Under the pieces are notes generated by a model. It made no database searches, was not told the DNA's origin, and saw only the letters and a program-made list of their open reading frames with translations. From assembly GCA_002269645.1 (NCBI GenBank), contig NIVC01001511.1, forward strand, positions 124,001 to 188,000: a stretch of DNA of 64,000 nucleotides, read 5' to 3'. Numbering within the stretch: the stretch's first letter is position 1; the number at the start of each line of letters is the position of its first letter. This document shows, piece after piece, positions 25,305-38,204 of the stretch. The stretch comes from Macrostomum lignano (taxonomy: Eukaryota). Both the position numbers and the translations under genes were made by a program.

Positions 25305-25975
25305 GCTCTAGCGGTGGTCCCTGAATCCCTGAGGCTGAGGGGCTAGCGGTGGTCCCTGAATCCCTGAGGCTGAGGGGCTAGCGGTGGTCCCTGAATCCCT
25401 GAGGCTGAGGGGCTAGCGGTGGTCCCTGAATCCCTGAGGCTGAGGGGCTAGCGGTGGTCCCTGAATCCCTGAGGCTGAGGGGATAGCGGTGGTCCCTGAA
25501 TCCCTGAGGCTGAGGGGCTAGCGGTGGTCCCTGAATCCCTGAGGCTGAGGGGATAGCGGTGGTCCCTGAATCCCTGAGGCTGAGGGGCTAGCGGTGGTCC
25601 CTGAATCCCTGAGGCTGAGGGGATAGCGGTGGTCCCTGAATCCCTGAGGCTGAGGGGCTAGCGGTGGTCCCTGAATCCCTGAGGCTGAGGGGCTAGCGGT
25701 GGTCCCTGAATCCCTGAGGCTGAGGGGCTAGCGGTGGTCCCTGAATCCCTGAGGCTGAGGGGATAGCGGTGGTCCCTGAATCCCTGAGGCTGAGGGGATA
25801 GCGGTGGTCCCTGAATCCCTGAGGCTGAGGGGCTAGCGGTGGTCCCTGAATCCCTGAGGCTGAGGGGATAGCGGTGGTCCCTGAATCCCTGAGGCTGAGG
25901 GGCTAGCGGTGGTCCCTGAATCCCTGAGGCTGAGGGGCTAGCGGTGGTCCCTGAATCCCTGAGGCTGAGGGATAG
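25305..25975. repeat. 35-bp intronic minisatellite, ~19 copies
   Basis: Unit GCGGTGGTCCCTGAATCCCTGAGGCTGAGGGGCTA. Confidence 0.95.
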
Positions 25976-26465
25976 CGGTGGGTCCCAGAATACCTCAGGA
26001 AACTGTTACACTAAATGGGGGGAGTAGCGGTTGCCCCTTCATTTCTAATGTTAAGTCTATCGTTAAGGCGACAATTGAACTTCAGGTAGCAGTTATGAAT
26101 GATTGTTGCACCATCATCTGCTAAACATACTGAGGTGTAAATGTTGTGTTCCATTTTTGTGTTGACGAGTCTTCATGCCAGTCAAAAGTTAGCAGTCTGG
26201 AGACAATTTAAAGAGTGCGTACGACTATGCAGTGCTTTGTTTCGGTGCGCGTGCACCAGTTCTCTGTTTGACTCCGAGTCTCCGGTTTAATAGCTTCTTA
26301 GCCTGTACGCTCGCTCGTAGGCTGGGGGCTGGGGTGCAAGGCAGTGGCGCTGGGGCCGCTGCGAAGCATGAAAATTTCTCAGTGCCTCCCGTGATTCTTT
26401 TATTTATCAGATTTTCTCCAATGGTGTTGCTTTGTTTACTCACCGCTTCGGTGACCAAATTAATC

Positions 26466-26486
26466 AGATAGATAGGTAGATAGATT

Positions 26487-26519
<33 letters not shown>

Positions 26520-26520
26520 G

Positions 26521-26615
<95 letters not shown>

Positions 26616-26616
26616 G

Positions 26617-26647
<31 letters not shown>

Positions 26648-26650
26648 GTG
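26466..26650. repeat. (GATA)n microsatellite
   Basis: Direct. Confidence 0.98.
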
Positions 26651-27029
26651 GGTAGAAGGTCACCCTGTACTTAGCCGGTAGAGACCGCCTGTCCGCTGCC
26701 TCCCTCACTATTTTACAGCTAACTCGTACTCAGCCTCTGATTGGTTGTCAAAACAGCGGGCCTGGAGGTTTCCCAGTTCTCCCCTCATCCCACAATGATA
26801 ATTTCATTCAGGCGCATCCAGGACCCTGGGAATGACAACAGTGTCGCATCTTTTATATAACAGAAAAAAACTGACTCTGTTTACTTATTAAACGCTTCTG
26901 GCAACATTGAATGCCGGTAACATTAAGATTTTTTCTTTAAGTGTGAACCTTATCACATGACTGGCACACATCATGCTTCATCTGTGTGTAAGTTTCTTAA
27001 ATATTTAATTATAAACATTTCCAACAGCT

Positions 27030-27650
27030 GTGACTCACTGAATGATCATCAAGGAATATCAGCTCAGTGACAATGACTCACTGAATGATCATCGATGAAT
27101 ATCAGCTCAGTGACAATGACTCACTGAATGATCATCGATGAATATCAGCTCAGTGACAATGACTCACTGAATGATCATCGATGAATATCAGCTCAGTGAC
27201 AATGACTCACTGAATGATCATCGATGAATATCAGCTCAGTGACAATGACTCACTGAATGATCATCAAGGAATATCAGCTCAGTGACAATGACTCACTGAA
27301 TGATCATCAAGGAATATCAGCTCAGTGACAATGACTCACTGAATGATCATCACTGAATATCAGCTCAGTGACAATGACTCACTGAATGATCATCAAGGAA
27401 TATCAGCTCAGTGACAATGACTCACTGAATGATCATCAATGAATATCAGCTCAGTGACTCACTGAATGATCATCAAGAAATATCAGCTCAGTGACAATGA
27501 CTCACTGAATGATCATCAAGGAATATCAGCTCAGTGACAATGACTCACTGAATGATCATCACTGAATATCAGCTCAGTGACAATGACTCACTGAATGATC
27601 ATCACTGAATATCAGCTCAGTGACTTACTGAATGATCATCAAGGAATCAT
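27030..27650. repeat. 43-bp minisatellite, ~14 copies
   Basis: Unit GACTCACTGAATGATCATCGATGAATATCAGCTCAGTGACAAT. Confidence 0.95.
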
Positions 27651-28429
27651 CAAGTTCTCTCATGTCTCTCATCTCTCACGCCCTCATTTTCTTGCCCACT
27701 GAAACGCTAGATTTTCAGTGGATAATCTTCACATACGACAATTATACAGTTTCAATCTTTGTCTTCGTGTATTTGGCTAGTAGTAGGGTAAAATATATAA
27801 ATGCAAGCAAATTAGTCATATACATTGGTATTTCCCATCTGCCTCCGCAGCCCCCGTGACCCTCCTGTAACCCGCCACCGAATCAATGTTGTTTAGTTGC
27901 ATTAGTGGAATAGTGGAACGTGCTGCTTCGATCAAAAAATGTGTCCTAAGGTCAGAATATAAAAAATAAATAACTTAATATACCTTGCAAGATAAGGGAA
28001 CTGGTGTTTGTGCGTGTGTTATTTTCAAACCAGATTCCTATATTCCAGCATCTTGATATTGTAGCTTCATCATTCTCTTTGTGCGCCGAAATTTTCTGCT
28101 CTGTCCCTCCCTCACCTCTCACTTCAGTGAACTTGTGTGGTTGACCTTTGTTTGTGTGAACTTTGATTGCTATAAATGAAAGAGCCAGGTCTTTATAGAC
28201 TTAGTGGAGCCCAGTAAATCTTGAATTCCTTTCATCCCCATCGTATCCCATGAAGTTCCATCTTCAAAAGCAGTTTATTTGGAATTTTAGTTAATTTTAA
28301 GTTTTAGAAGGCGAAACATTTATATACCTGACTTGTATTATGAATTCTATTTCTCTTGACATGTGCAGTCCCGCCTCAAATGGTCTTGAGGTTTACCTAA
28401 GAATATTTAGACTCAAATCATTGAGAATG

Positions 28430-29730
28430 GGTATTCAGTCTCATTGTTAATCGGTGTTCAGTCTCATTGAGAATGGGCCTTCAATCTCATTGAGAATCGT
28501 CTTCAATATCATTGAGAATCGTCCTTAAATCGCATTGAGAATCGGTATGCAGTATCATTGAGAATCGGTATGCAATTTCATTGAGAATCGGTATGCAGTC
28601 TCATTGATAATCGGTATGCAGTCTCATTGAGAATCGGTATGCAGTCTCATTGAGAATCGGTATGCAGTCTCATTGAGAATCGGTATGCAGGCTCATTGAG
28701 AATCGGTATGCAGTCTCATTGAGAATCGGTATGCAGTCTCATTGAGAATCGGTATGCAGTCTCATTGAGAATCGGTATGCAGTCTCATTGAGAATCGGTA
28801 TGCAGTCTCATTGAGAATCGTCCTTTAATCTCATTGAGAGTCGTCCTTCAATCTCATGAGAGTCGTCCTTCAATCTCATTGAGAGTCGTCCTTTAATCTC
28901 ATTGAGAGTCGTCCTTTAATCTCATTGAGAGTCGTCCTTCAATCTCATTGAGAGTCGTCCTTTAATCTCATTGAGAGTCGTCCTTTAATCTCATTGAGAG
29001 TAGTCCTTCAATCTCATTGAGAGTCGTCCTTCAATCTCATTGAGAGTCGTCCTTCAATCTCATTGAGAGTAGTCCTTCAATCTCATTGAGAGTAGTCCTT
29101 CAATCTCATTGAGAGTCGTCCTTCAATCTCATTGAGAGTCGTCCTTCAATCTCATTGAGAGTAGTCCTTCAATCTCATTGAGAGTCGTCCTTTAATCTCA
29201 TTGAGAGTCGTCCTTTAATCTCATTGAGAGTCGTCCTTCAATCTCATTGAGAGTAGTCCTTCAATCTCATTGAGAGTCGTCCTTTAATCTCATTGAGAGT
29301 CGTCCTTTAATCTCATTGAGAGTCGTCCTTCAATCTCATTGAGAGTCGTCCTTCAATCTCATTGAGAGTAGTCCTTTAATCTCATTGAGAGTCGTCCTTT
29401 AATCTCATTGAGAGTAGTCCTTTAATCTCATTGAGAGTCGTCCTTCAATCTCATTGAGAGTAGTCCTTTAATCTCATTGAGAGTCGTCCTTTAATCTCAT
29501 TGAGAGTCGTCCTTTAATCTCATTGAGAGTCGTCCTTCAATCTCATTGAGAGTAGTCCTTTAATCTCATTGAGAGTAGTCCTTTAATCTCATTGAGAGTC
29601 GTCCTTTAATCTCATTGAGAGTCGTCCTTTAATCTCATTGAGAGTCGTCCTTCAATCTCATTGAGAGTAGTCCTTTAATCTCATTGAGAGTAGTCCTTTA
29701 ATCTCATTGAGAGTCGTCCTTTAATCGGTA
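28430..29730. repeat. 23-bp minisatellite with TCTCATTGAGA core, two sequential variants
   Basis: TCTCATTGAGAATCGGTATGCAG up to ~28820, then TCTCATTGAGAGTCGTCCTTYAA. Confidence 0.95.
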
Positions 29731-30384
29731 TTCAGTCTCATGAAGAATCGCATTGAGGCTGTCCATAAGAATCGCCCCATAAAATTTTTCTACTGACCTT
29801 TTCTGTTCTTTTTCATTTTCGGATCAGCAATCAGGAAATGCAGCAGCAATATGGCTCGGTACTTGTAATGAAAGTCTCTACCAAGCGTTCTGAGTCATTG
29901 CTTTTTCTCTGTCCATATCTGAATTCTGGTAGATTTCTGCTTTTTGATTTTTTCCTTCCGCGTGCTCCCCCCCCATTAGCGCTCGTCTTTCCCGTTTATT
30001 TTTGCTCAAACTCGAATCCACAACGCGGAAGCAAAAAAATGTCGAACTATTAAGGACGGAAGTTAAAATAGAAACATTTTCTGGTGGAAAATTCTCCAAA
30101 TCTTGTCGTTCATTTTTCCTGCCTATATAAGCGGCCTCTGTTGGGTCCGAGAATTGTCAGCCATCTTTTATTGAATAAAAGCCTGCTAAGCATGAGCTGG
30201 CTTCCATTGAGACTTCCTGATCTGTTTGCTAATTGGTGTCGCTCCATTCGGCAACAGGCTGCTCAGGTGCTCAATCAATTGCTGTCAGATTTTTGCATTG
30301 GCTTCGCTTTGTAGATGTCAAGTAAATATTGAAAGTTTATAAACATCATTAGATAATAATCAAGACGGACACTAAGGCACAGGC

Positions 30385-30385
30385 C

Positions 30386-30431
<46 letters not shown>

Positions 30432-30455
30432 TAGACAGAGACACCGACAGACAAT

Positions 30456-30504
<49 letters not shown>

Positions 30505-30510
30505 TGTGTG
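30385..30510. repeat. Compound (GACA)n/(GA)n/(GT)n microsatellite
   Basis: Direct. Confidence 0.95.
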
Positions 30511-30665
30511 TGTAAGACAGACACACAGTAAGACCGACAGGCTGGCAGACAGACGTACTAACACAGGCGTACAGGCGCAATGCACACAAAGACCTTGATA
30601 TTTGCACGAAAAAAGACGCGCAGGTAAGCAGGGACGCATCAATGCTATCCCCATTGTGCCCGCAG

Positions 30666-31478
30666 AACTCACCCAACTACGACCCGGAGCTAGAGAGCTG
30701 CGAGTTCTACCATCCCAGCCACAGGGAGGAGCGCGTCGAGGAGCTGAAGAGCCGCCCAACCGGGACCTACTTCCTTCGGCCGAGCGCCAAGAGCCGCAGC
30801 GTGTCCGTGCTCTGCGTCAATTGTAACGACGCTATAAAAAAATTCGAAATCGAGAGAATCCCGGGCGGCTTCAATCTGTCCGGCAAAGCATTTCGCACTA
30901 TTGACGAAGTCATCCAGCGCTACTCCGTTAAGTACATCGACGAGAAGAACGAGGTGAAGTTGCGCGAGCCGCTGCTCAGACGGAGTCACGCCGCATCCAA
31001 CCTACCGCAGGAGGACATCTACGCTCCCAATCGGGCTTCATCAACTCAGATTCGGGAGTGCCAGCTGGCCGCCGAGTTTCACTGCCTGTTCCCGAAGCGT
31101 CGGAGTCGGCAGCGGGCCTGGAAACGGCAGCGCTGCATTCTGCATCGGCGGCAGGACGAGAATCACGAGGTGCTGATCACGTCCAGCTCGGAGGTTGGCA
31201 GGCAGCCGAAGGGCAAGCCAAAAGGCTTGATAGCGTTGGAGTTCGCTCACCTGTACCCTGTGTGCCACGGCGCTTATGACAGGCCGCACTGCCTGCAGTT
31301 GGTCATCTTCAATGAGGTGTCTGCGAATTCGACACCGCCTGATGTCTACGTGCTGGCGGCCGACTCGCAGGCTGTGCTGGCCGAGTGGCTGGCCGCTCTC
31401 AAGCCGCTGTGCAAGTGCAGCAAGGTGTGCAACCACGGCCAGAGGAGCGGGCACGTCAGGCATGTCAGCACGCTGGAG
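30666..31478 (+). CDS. RASA1: p120 RasGAP exon: second SH2 + PH
   Basis: EFYHP..GTYFLRPS..FRTIDEVIQRY; PH ending VLAADSQAVLAEWLAAL; CAG/GTGAGC, phase 0. Confidence 0.92.
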
Positions 31479-31499
31479 GTGAGCTGATTAGGTTTGTCG

Positions 31500-31740
31500 G
31501 ATTTCTAGTGTGGGGTTTCTAGTTTTGGATTTCTAGTGTGGCATTTCTAGTGTGGGGTTTCTAGTTTTGGATTTCTAGTGTGGCATTTCTAGTGTGGGGT
31601 TTCTAGTTTTGGATTTCTAGTGTGGCATTTCTAGTGTGGGGTTTCTAGGTTGGTGATTTTTTGTGGGATTTTTAGTGTGGGTTTCCAGTGGGGACTTTTA
31701 GTGTGGGATTTCTAGTGTGAGATTTTAGTGTGGGATTTCT
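31500..31740. repeat. ~15-bp intronic repeat (TTTCTAGTGTGG..)n
   Basis: Direct; begins ~20 nt after the donor at 31479. Confidence 0.85.
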
Positions 31741-31823
31741 ATTATGGGATTTTCAGTGTGAGCTTGCTGTTTAGGGTCATTATTTAGCTGCATGATGGCT
31801 ACCTCCCGCCTGCGCCCATCCAG

Positions 31824-31975
31824 GTGGCCGTCAAAGGCGTCCGCAATCTCAACGTCAGCTGTAAGACCGCATTCGTCGCGGTTCACTTTAACGGGGTTGT
31901 GGTGGCGAAGACCCGGTCCAACCGGCGGGAGCAGGACGATGACAGCGTGCTCAACTGGGACGAGCAATTTCACTT
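31824..31975 (+). CDS. RASA1: p120 RasGAP exon: C2, first part
   Basis: VAVKGVRNL..FNGVVVAKTR..LNWDEQFH; CAG/GTGAGT; alternative acceptor at 31786 possible. Confidence 0.85.
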
Positions 31976-32149
31976 GTGAGTGCTTCTCATTTTAATTCTC
32001 TTTGTCTACCTCTGTATCTGCATTTTAATTTGATTTCCTCTGGCTATCACTCTGAATTTGGCACTCTCAATTGACTCTGTATATCCCTTTTTATTTACCT
32101 TTGTAGTCCACTTCTCTGCTTAGAGTCTGCCTCTTAATCTACCTCTCAG

Positions 32150-32830
32150 TCTACTTCTGTCTGGTAATTAGTCTACTTTTCAGTCTACTTCTTCTGATAA
32201 TTAGTCTACCTATCAGTCTACTTCTCCTTTTTAGTCTACTTCTTAGTCTACTTTCCTGTCTGGTAATTAGTCTACTTCTCAGTCTACTTTTCTGTCTGGT
32301 AATTAGTCTACTTCTCAGTCTGGTAATTAGTCTACCTATCAGTCTACTCTGTCTGGTAATTAGTCTACTTCTCAGTCTACTTCTCAGTCTGGTAATTAGT
32401 CTACCTATCAGTCTACTCTGTCTGGTAATTAGTATTAAGAAAGCCTTGTTAAGTTATAATGAATCGCGTTTATTGAGTTTTGAGAAAGATAGCAAAAGAA
32501 GGGTTAACATGGAATTTAGCACTGGCGTAGCTCAAACAAAACTTAGTGGTACAGGTAAGGGAGTCGAAAACCATAGATATAATTAAGAAGTCTGTTATAG
32601 AAAATTCTAGAAGGAAAACTTGGATTCACTTACTATAAATATAAAGTTGACTATTTTAAGATAAACGATTACTTATAACATCTTTAACAATTAGTCTACT
32701 TCTCAGTCTACTTCTCAGTCTGGTAATTAGTCTACCTATCAGTCTACTCTGTCTGGTAATTAGTCTACTTCTCAGTCTACTTCTCTGTCTGGTAATTAGT
32801 CTACTTATCAGTCTACTTCTCTGTCTGCTT
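32150..32830. repeat. AGTCTACTTCTC/CTGGTAATT mixed repeat interrupted by a ~255-bp insertion (~32434-32688)
   Basis: The same repeat resumes after an unrelated AT-rich segment. Confidence 0.8.
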
Positions 32831-33219
32831 ATACATGTACGTTGGAGTATTTTGCAGAACTTTATGTCACTCTGTGTCCCCAGCAATAAAAGTACACCTC
32901 GTAGAACTGCCCTAGATAAATGAAATTGTACAGAATTGAGGCCACTCTGCGTGGGAGGCGAGAGGTCACATGGTGCACAGTGTGTATACACAGATTGAAC
33001 TGGTAATTCGCCTGATTTCAGCATGAGTCATAGGATAGTGGAATTGTCACCCTAATATGCAAGTATGCCCATTTTTAAGTAGAATTCCAAGCTTTTCATT
33101 ATTAAAAATGTTACAATTATATAGCATTTCGCTTGTTAAACTTATGTTGCATTGAGCAGCCCCTCAAGAAATTTTGATTGTCTTTATGCTATAGTAAATT
33201 GAGTGTAGTACAGGAATGT

Positions 33220-33700
33220 ACATCTTCCATAGGGTGCAGAGGTGTACATCTGTTCCATAGGATGCAGAAGAGGTGTACATCTGTTCTAAAAGGTGCAGAA
33301 GTGTACATCTGTTCCATAGAGTGCAGAGATGTACATCTGTTCCATAGGGTGCAGAGGTGTACAAGTGCATCTGTTCCATAGGGTGCAGCAGAGGTGTACA
33401 TCTGTTCCATAGGGTGCAGAGGTGTACAAGTGCATCTGTTCCATAGGGTGCAGCAGAGGTGTACATCTGTTCCATAGGGTGCAGAGGTGTACAAGTGCAT
33501 CTGTTCCATAGGGTGCATCAGAGGTGTACATCTGTTCTATAGGGTGCAGAGGTGTACAAGTACATCTGTTCCATAGTGTGTAGAGTTGTACAAGTGCATC
33601 TGTTCCATAGGGTGCAGAGGTGTACAAGTGCATCTGTTCCATAGGATGCAGCAGAGGTGTACATCTGTTCCATAAGGTGCAGAGGTGTACATCCGTTTCT
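33220..33700. repeat. ~28-37 bp intronic minisatellite
   Basis: Core CATCTGTTCCATAGGGTGCAGAGGTGTACA. Confidence 0.9.
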
Positions 33701-33752
33701 GTAGCATGTACTGAACAGCAAAAGCTTCAACCCTTACGCCTCTCCACTGCAG

Positions 33753-34281
33753 CGAGTTCTTCCCAGAGTGCATTCACACTCTCAGCCTGCACATGACTCG
33801 ACGTAAGACGCCCAAGACTACCAAAGTGATGAAGCACGACGTTCGAGTGTCCGATTTAAGCCTGGGTCGAACCTCAGACTTCAAAGTGCCGGCGGCGCAG
33901 GACAAACTGCAGTTGTGCTTCTCCGTCCGCAGAGTCGGGTACGCGGTGCTGCAGGCCAGCAAAGACTACGTCCCAATTCGGGATATTTTCCTCAAGTCAA
34001 AAGACGATCCCACTGAATGCCTGCGAGCACTTGCCGAGGTGTGCACCTCCGAGGATTTGACTTACCTGGCCAGGGCCATCTACAAGGTGTTCGCTTATTA
34101 CGATCAAGTGGCGAACCTGCTAACCAGCCTCCTGCTTAGAGAAATTCAGTCTATTAGCTGCGAGTCCGAGGGTGTGTTGTTCAGGACCACCACTATTGGC
34201 ACTTCGGTGCTTGAAGTCTACCTGGTCACCGATGAGCCTATGCAGTTTGTGCGCCACTGTCTCGGCGAAATGGTTCAAGAG
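33753..34281 (+). CDS. RASA1: p120 RasGAP exon: C2 end + RasGAP N-half with arginine finger
   Basis: LAEVC..LARAIYKVF..LLLREI..LFRTTTIG (Arg finger) ..QFVRHCL; CTGCAG/GTGCGT; phase-compatible. Confidence 0.92.
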
Positions 34282-34419
34282 GTGCGTCTTTTGCTCGATT
34301 GAGATCCGTTCGGGCCAGGATCAGTGTTGCTTGTCAGTAGTGTCATAGATTATATCATGGTCATTCATGACCTGTGTCAGTGGCTAGAGAATCATAGGCA
34401 GTGTCAGTGCCTAGTGCTT

Positions 34420-34978
34420 GGAATTGTCAGCAGATGCTCATAGCGAGTTTCAGTCAGCAAGATGCTCAAAGCCACAGTCAGCAGATGCTCATAGCGAGTT
34501 TCAGTCAGCAAGATGCTCAAAGCCACAGTCAGCAGATGCTCATAGCCACAGTCAGTCAGCAGATGCTCATAGCCAGAGTCAGTCAGCAGATGCTCATAGC
34601 CACAGTCAGCAGATGCTCAAAGCCACAGTCAGTCAGCAGATGCTCATAGCCAGAGTCAGTCAGCAGATGCTCATAGCCAGAGTCAGTCAGCAGATGCTCA
34701 TAGCCAGAGTCAGTCAGCAGATGCTCATAGCCAGAGTCAGTCAGCAGATGCTCATAGCCACAGTCAGCAGATGCTCATAGCCAGAGTCAGTCAGCAGATG
34801 CTCATAGCCACAGTCAGTCAGCAGATGCTCATAGCCACAGTCAGCAGATGCTCATAGCCACAGTCAGTCAGCAGATGCTCATAGCCACAGTCAGTCAGCA
34901 GATGCTCATAGCCAGAGTCAGTCAGCAGATGCTCATAGCCACAGTCAGTCAGCAGATGCTCATAGCCACAGTCAGCAG
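34420..34978. repeat. 23/27-bp intronic minisatellite
   Basis: Unit (AGTC)AGTCAGCAGATGCTCATAGCCAS. Confidence 0.95.
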
Positions 34979-34995
34979 TCATTTCTCCCTCGCAG

Positions 34996-35493
34996 ATCGT
35001 CAACAGCAACGCCAACCTGGAGCTGAAGGCGGACCGCCTGTTGCACTCGAGTGGCGAGATGAGCGACCTGGACGAGGCGGACTCGATTGCTAGGAGGAAC
35101 GCGGCCCGGCTCATCGAGCTGCTGAACAGCTGCATGAGGCGGACATTGCGGCACTGCCAGGCAAACGGCTGCCCGGCCATCCTGCACCAGGTGAGCGTGG
35201 CCTGTCAGCAGGAGACAACTCGGCGCTTTCCGCAGGCCACGGCTCGCGTTCTGTCTGCTTTCTTCTTTCTGCGCCTGTTCTGCCCGGCGTTGACCACGAA
35301 GTTTAGGCAGGTGTTCGGAGCCGAGCTCCATCAGGAAGTCAGTCCGCAGGTGCTGCGATCTCTGCAGCTGGCCGCCAAGGCTCTGCAGTTGTTTGCTAAT
35401 CAGTCAAAAACTATGCGAGAGGCTTGCATGGAGCTGGTGCGACCCTTTGTGTGCGAGAATACGGATTTGTTTAACCAGCTCAATACTTGTCTG
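34996..35493 (+). CDS. RASA1: p120 RasGAP exon: RasGAP core
   Basis: ARVLSAFFFLRLFCPAL (FLR motif), LAAKALQLFAN; CAG/GTGAGT. Confidence 0.95.
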
Positions 35494-35559
35494 GTGAGTT
35501 GTCTGGCATGGCATTGATTTCCTGTTCTGTGTGATTTTTGTTTTTTAAATTGGGACAAT

Positions 35560-36310
35560 TTGTGGCAATTTTCTCCACTCGAATTGAGATAATCTGTGGC
35601 TAATTTCCCCACTCGAATTGGGATAATCTGTGGCTAATTTCCCCACTCGAATTGGGATAATCTGTGGCAATTTTCCCCACTTAAATTGGGATAATCTGTG
35701 GCTAATTTCCCCACTCGAATTGGGATAATCTGTGGCAATTTTCCCCACTTAAATTGGCATAATCTGTGGCTAATTTCCCCACTCGAATTGGGATAATCTG
35801 TGGCAATTTTCCCCACTTAAATTGGCATAATCTGTGGCTAATTTCCCTACTCGAATTGGGATAATTTGTGGTAATTTTCCCCACTCGAATTGGGATAATC
35901 TGTGGCGATTTTCCCCACTCGAATTGGGATTATTTGTGGCGATTTTCCCCACTTGAATTGGGATAATCTGTGGGAATTTTCCCTAATTAAATTGGGATAA
36001 TCTGTGGCAATTTTCCCCACTCGAATTGGGATAATTTGTGGTAATTTTCCCCACTCGAATTGGGATAATTTGTGGCGATTTTCCCCACTTGAATTCGGAT
36101 AATTTGTGGCGATTTTCCCCACTGGAATTGGGATAATCTGTGGGAATTTTCCCCATTCCAATTGGGATAATCTGTGGCGATTTTCCCCACTGGAATTGGG
36201 ATAATCTGTGGTAATTTTCCCCACTCAAATTGGGATAATCTGTGGCGATTTTCCCCACTCGAATTGGGATAATTTCTGACAATTTTCCCCACTGGAATTG
36301 GGATTATTTG
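35560..36310. repeat. 34-bp intronic minisatellite
   Basis: Unit AATTGGGATAATCTGTGGCAATTTTCCCCACTCG. Confidence 0.95.
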
Positions 36311-36420
36311 TGTCTATTTTTTCAGTAACTCGGATGTAAGATGTTATGGGGATTTTTTTATGTTGTAGACTTTTTTATTGAGGCTATAAAGAAATACAAG
36401 TTATCCCCTCTCAACTCCAG

Positions 36421-36702
36421 ACGGCTTCCCCGGATCCGGTGGCTCCCTTCTCCGCCGGTTCCTCCGCCGACGCTCCGTCCTCTTCGTCCGCCGGCGCCGC
36501 CGCTGCCGCCGCGTCAAGCAGCCCGTCGGATTTGCAGAACATCAGCCTGACGTTCGAGCTGGCCAGCGTCCACGATTTCTGCGCCCGACATCTCGACGAC
36601 CTGCGCAATTTGCAGACTCGCTCAGGCAGTCAGAATCTCAACACGCTCATCAAGGCCACAGAGTTCCTATCGAACCGGCTGTCAAATGAGACGAACAGGT
36701 GA
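36421..36702 (+). CDS. RASA1: p120 RasGAP last coding exon
   Basis: LTFELASVHDFCARHLDDLRNL..LIKATEFL, resembling the RASA1 C-terminus; stop at 36702. The eight exons sum to 925 codons in frame. Confidence 0.9.
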   Translation, partial: TASPDPVAPFSAGSSADAPSSSSAGAAAAAASSSPSDLQNISLTFELASVHDFCARHLDDLRNLQTRSGSQNLNTLIKATEFLSNRLSNETNR

Positions 36703-36794
36703 ACCTGACTTAGAGAGCTTGCGCTTCCGCTCTACTGATAGTAGTAAGCCGTAGCATTTCTCCTGTATTTCTGGGTCCGTTTCTAATACCCGCT

Positions 36795-37655
36795 GTGCAT
36801 CCCCACTGATGAACAACCCCTTGTGCATCCCTACTCTGATTTACATCCCCACTGATGTACATCCCCACTCTGATGTACATCTCTATTCTAATGTATATCC
36901 CCACCCTGATGTACATCCCCACTCTGATGTACATCTCTATTCTAATGTATATCCCCACCCTGATGTACATCCCCACTCTGATGTACATCCCCACTCTGAT
37001 GTACATCCCCACTCTGATGTACATCCCCACTCTGATTTACATCCCCACCCTGATGTACATCCCCACTCTGATGTACATCCCCACTCTGATGTACATCCCC
37101 ACTCTGATGTACATCCCCACTCTGATGTACATCCCCACTCTGATGTACATCCCCACTCTGATTTACATCCCCACTGATGTACATCCCTACTTTGATGTCC
37201 ATCCCCACTGATGTACATCCCCACTCTGATGTACATCCCCACTCTGATTTACATCTCTATTCTAATGCATATCCCCACCCTGATGTACATCCCCACTCTG
37301 ATGTACATCCCCACTCTGATGTACATCCCCACTCTGATGTACATCCCCACTCTGATTTACATCCCCACCCTGATGTACATCCCCACTCTGATGTACATCC
37401 CCACTCTGATGTACATCCCCACTCTGATGTACATCCCCACTCTGATGTACATCCCCACTCTGATGTACATCCCCACTCTGATGTACATCCCCACTCTGAT
37501 GTACATCCCTACTTTGATGTACATCCCCACTCTGATGTACATCCCCACTCTGATGTACATCCCTACTTTGATGTACATCCCCACTCTGATGTACATCCCC
37601 ACTGATGTACATCCCCACTCTGATGTACATCCCCACTCTGATGTACATCCCCACT
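36795..37655. repeat. 18-bp minisatellite 3' of the RASA1 stop
   Basis: Unit CTGATGTACATCCCCACT. Confidence 0.95.
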
Positions 37656-38204
37656 GTACGCCCCATTTCCCACCGAAAGTCTGATATTCACTGCGGTTAA
37701 ACAAACTTCAACTTCAATGTAAATCGGCTTTGCCCAGCTGTTAGAATCTGCCAGTTTTATTCATGATTTGCGAACCCTCACTGTTTATTGCGCTCCGATC
37801 TGGTTATCTTGGATTAAAACATTGATTGATTAGTACACCTTTGCAGTGATTATTACAAATTTAATAAAAATTGCATGTAAACTCGTACACTGTGCGATAC
37901 TTGTATCTGTGCCATCCGTCTGCTCATCACGGGCACGGAAATGATGCATGATTTCTGATCCTGTTTTAATGCTCAGTGCGTGTAGCATGGTATCACGTGA
38001 CTTAATTAATTTTCTATATTCCTGTCATGCTGGAAATTTCACTGTGCGATTTTAAACTTGCGATTTCAATATAATTGATTAATTATGTTACCAAATTTTC
38101 GGCTGATTGATTATGCTGTACTTCAGCATAGTCTGCTTTGTAAAGCAGCGGGTTTTGAAATAAATTTGTTTCCCACTTTCTGTTGCGATTCGCTGATGCC
38201 AGTA

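Noticed and set aside
30600-30665. Extra RASA1 mini-exon ending at the GTAAGC site at 30624
   Set aside because: Direct SH3-to-SH2 splicing already gives a RASA1-length linker; no supporting acceptor or protein similarity
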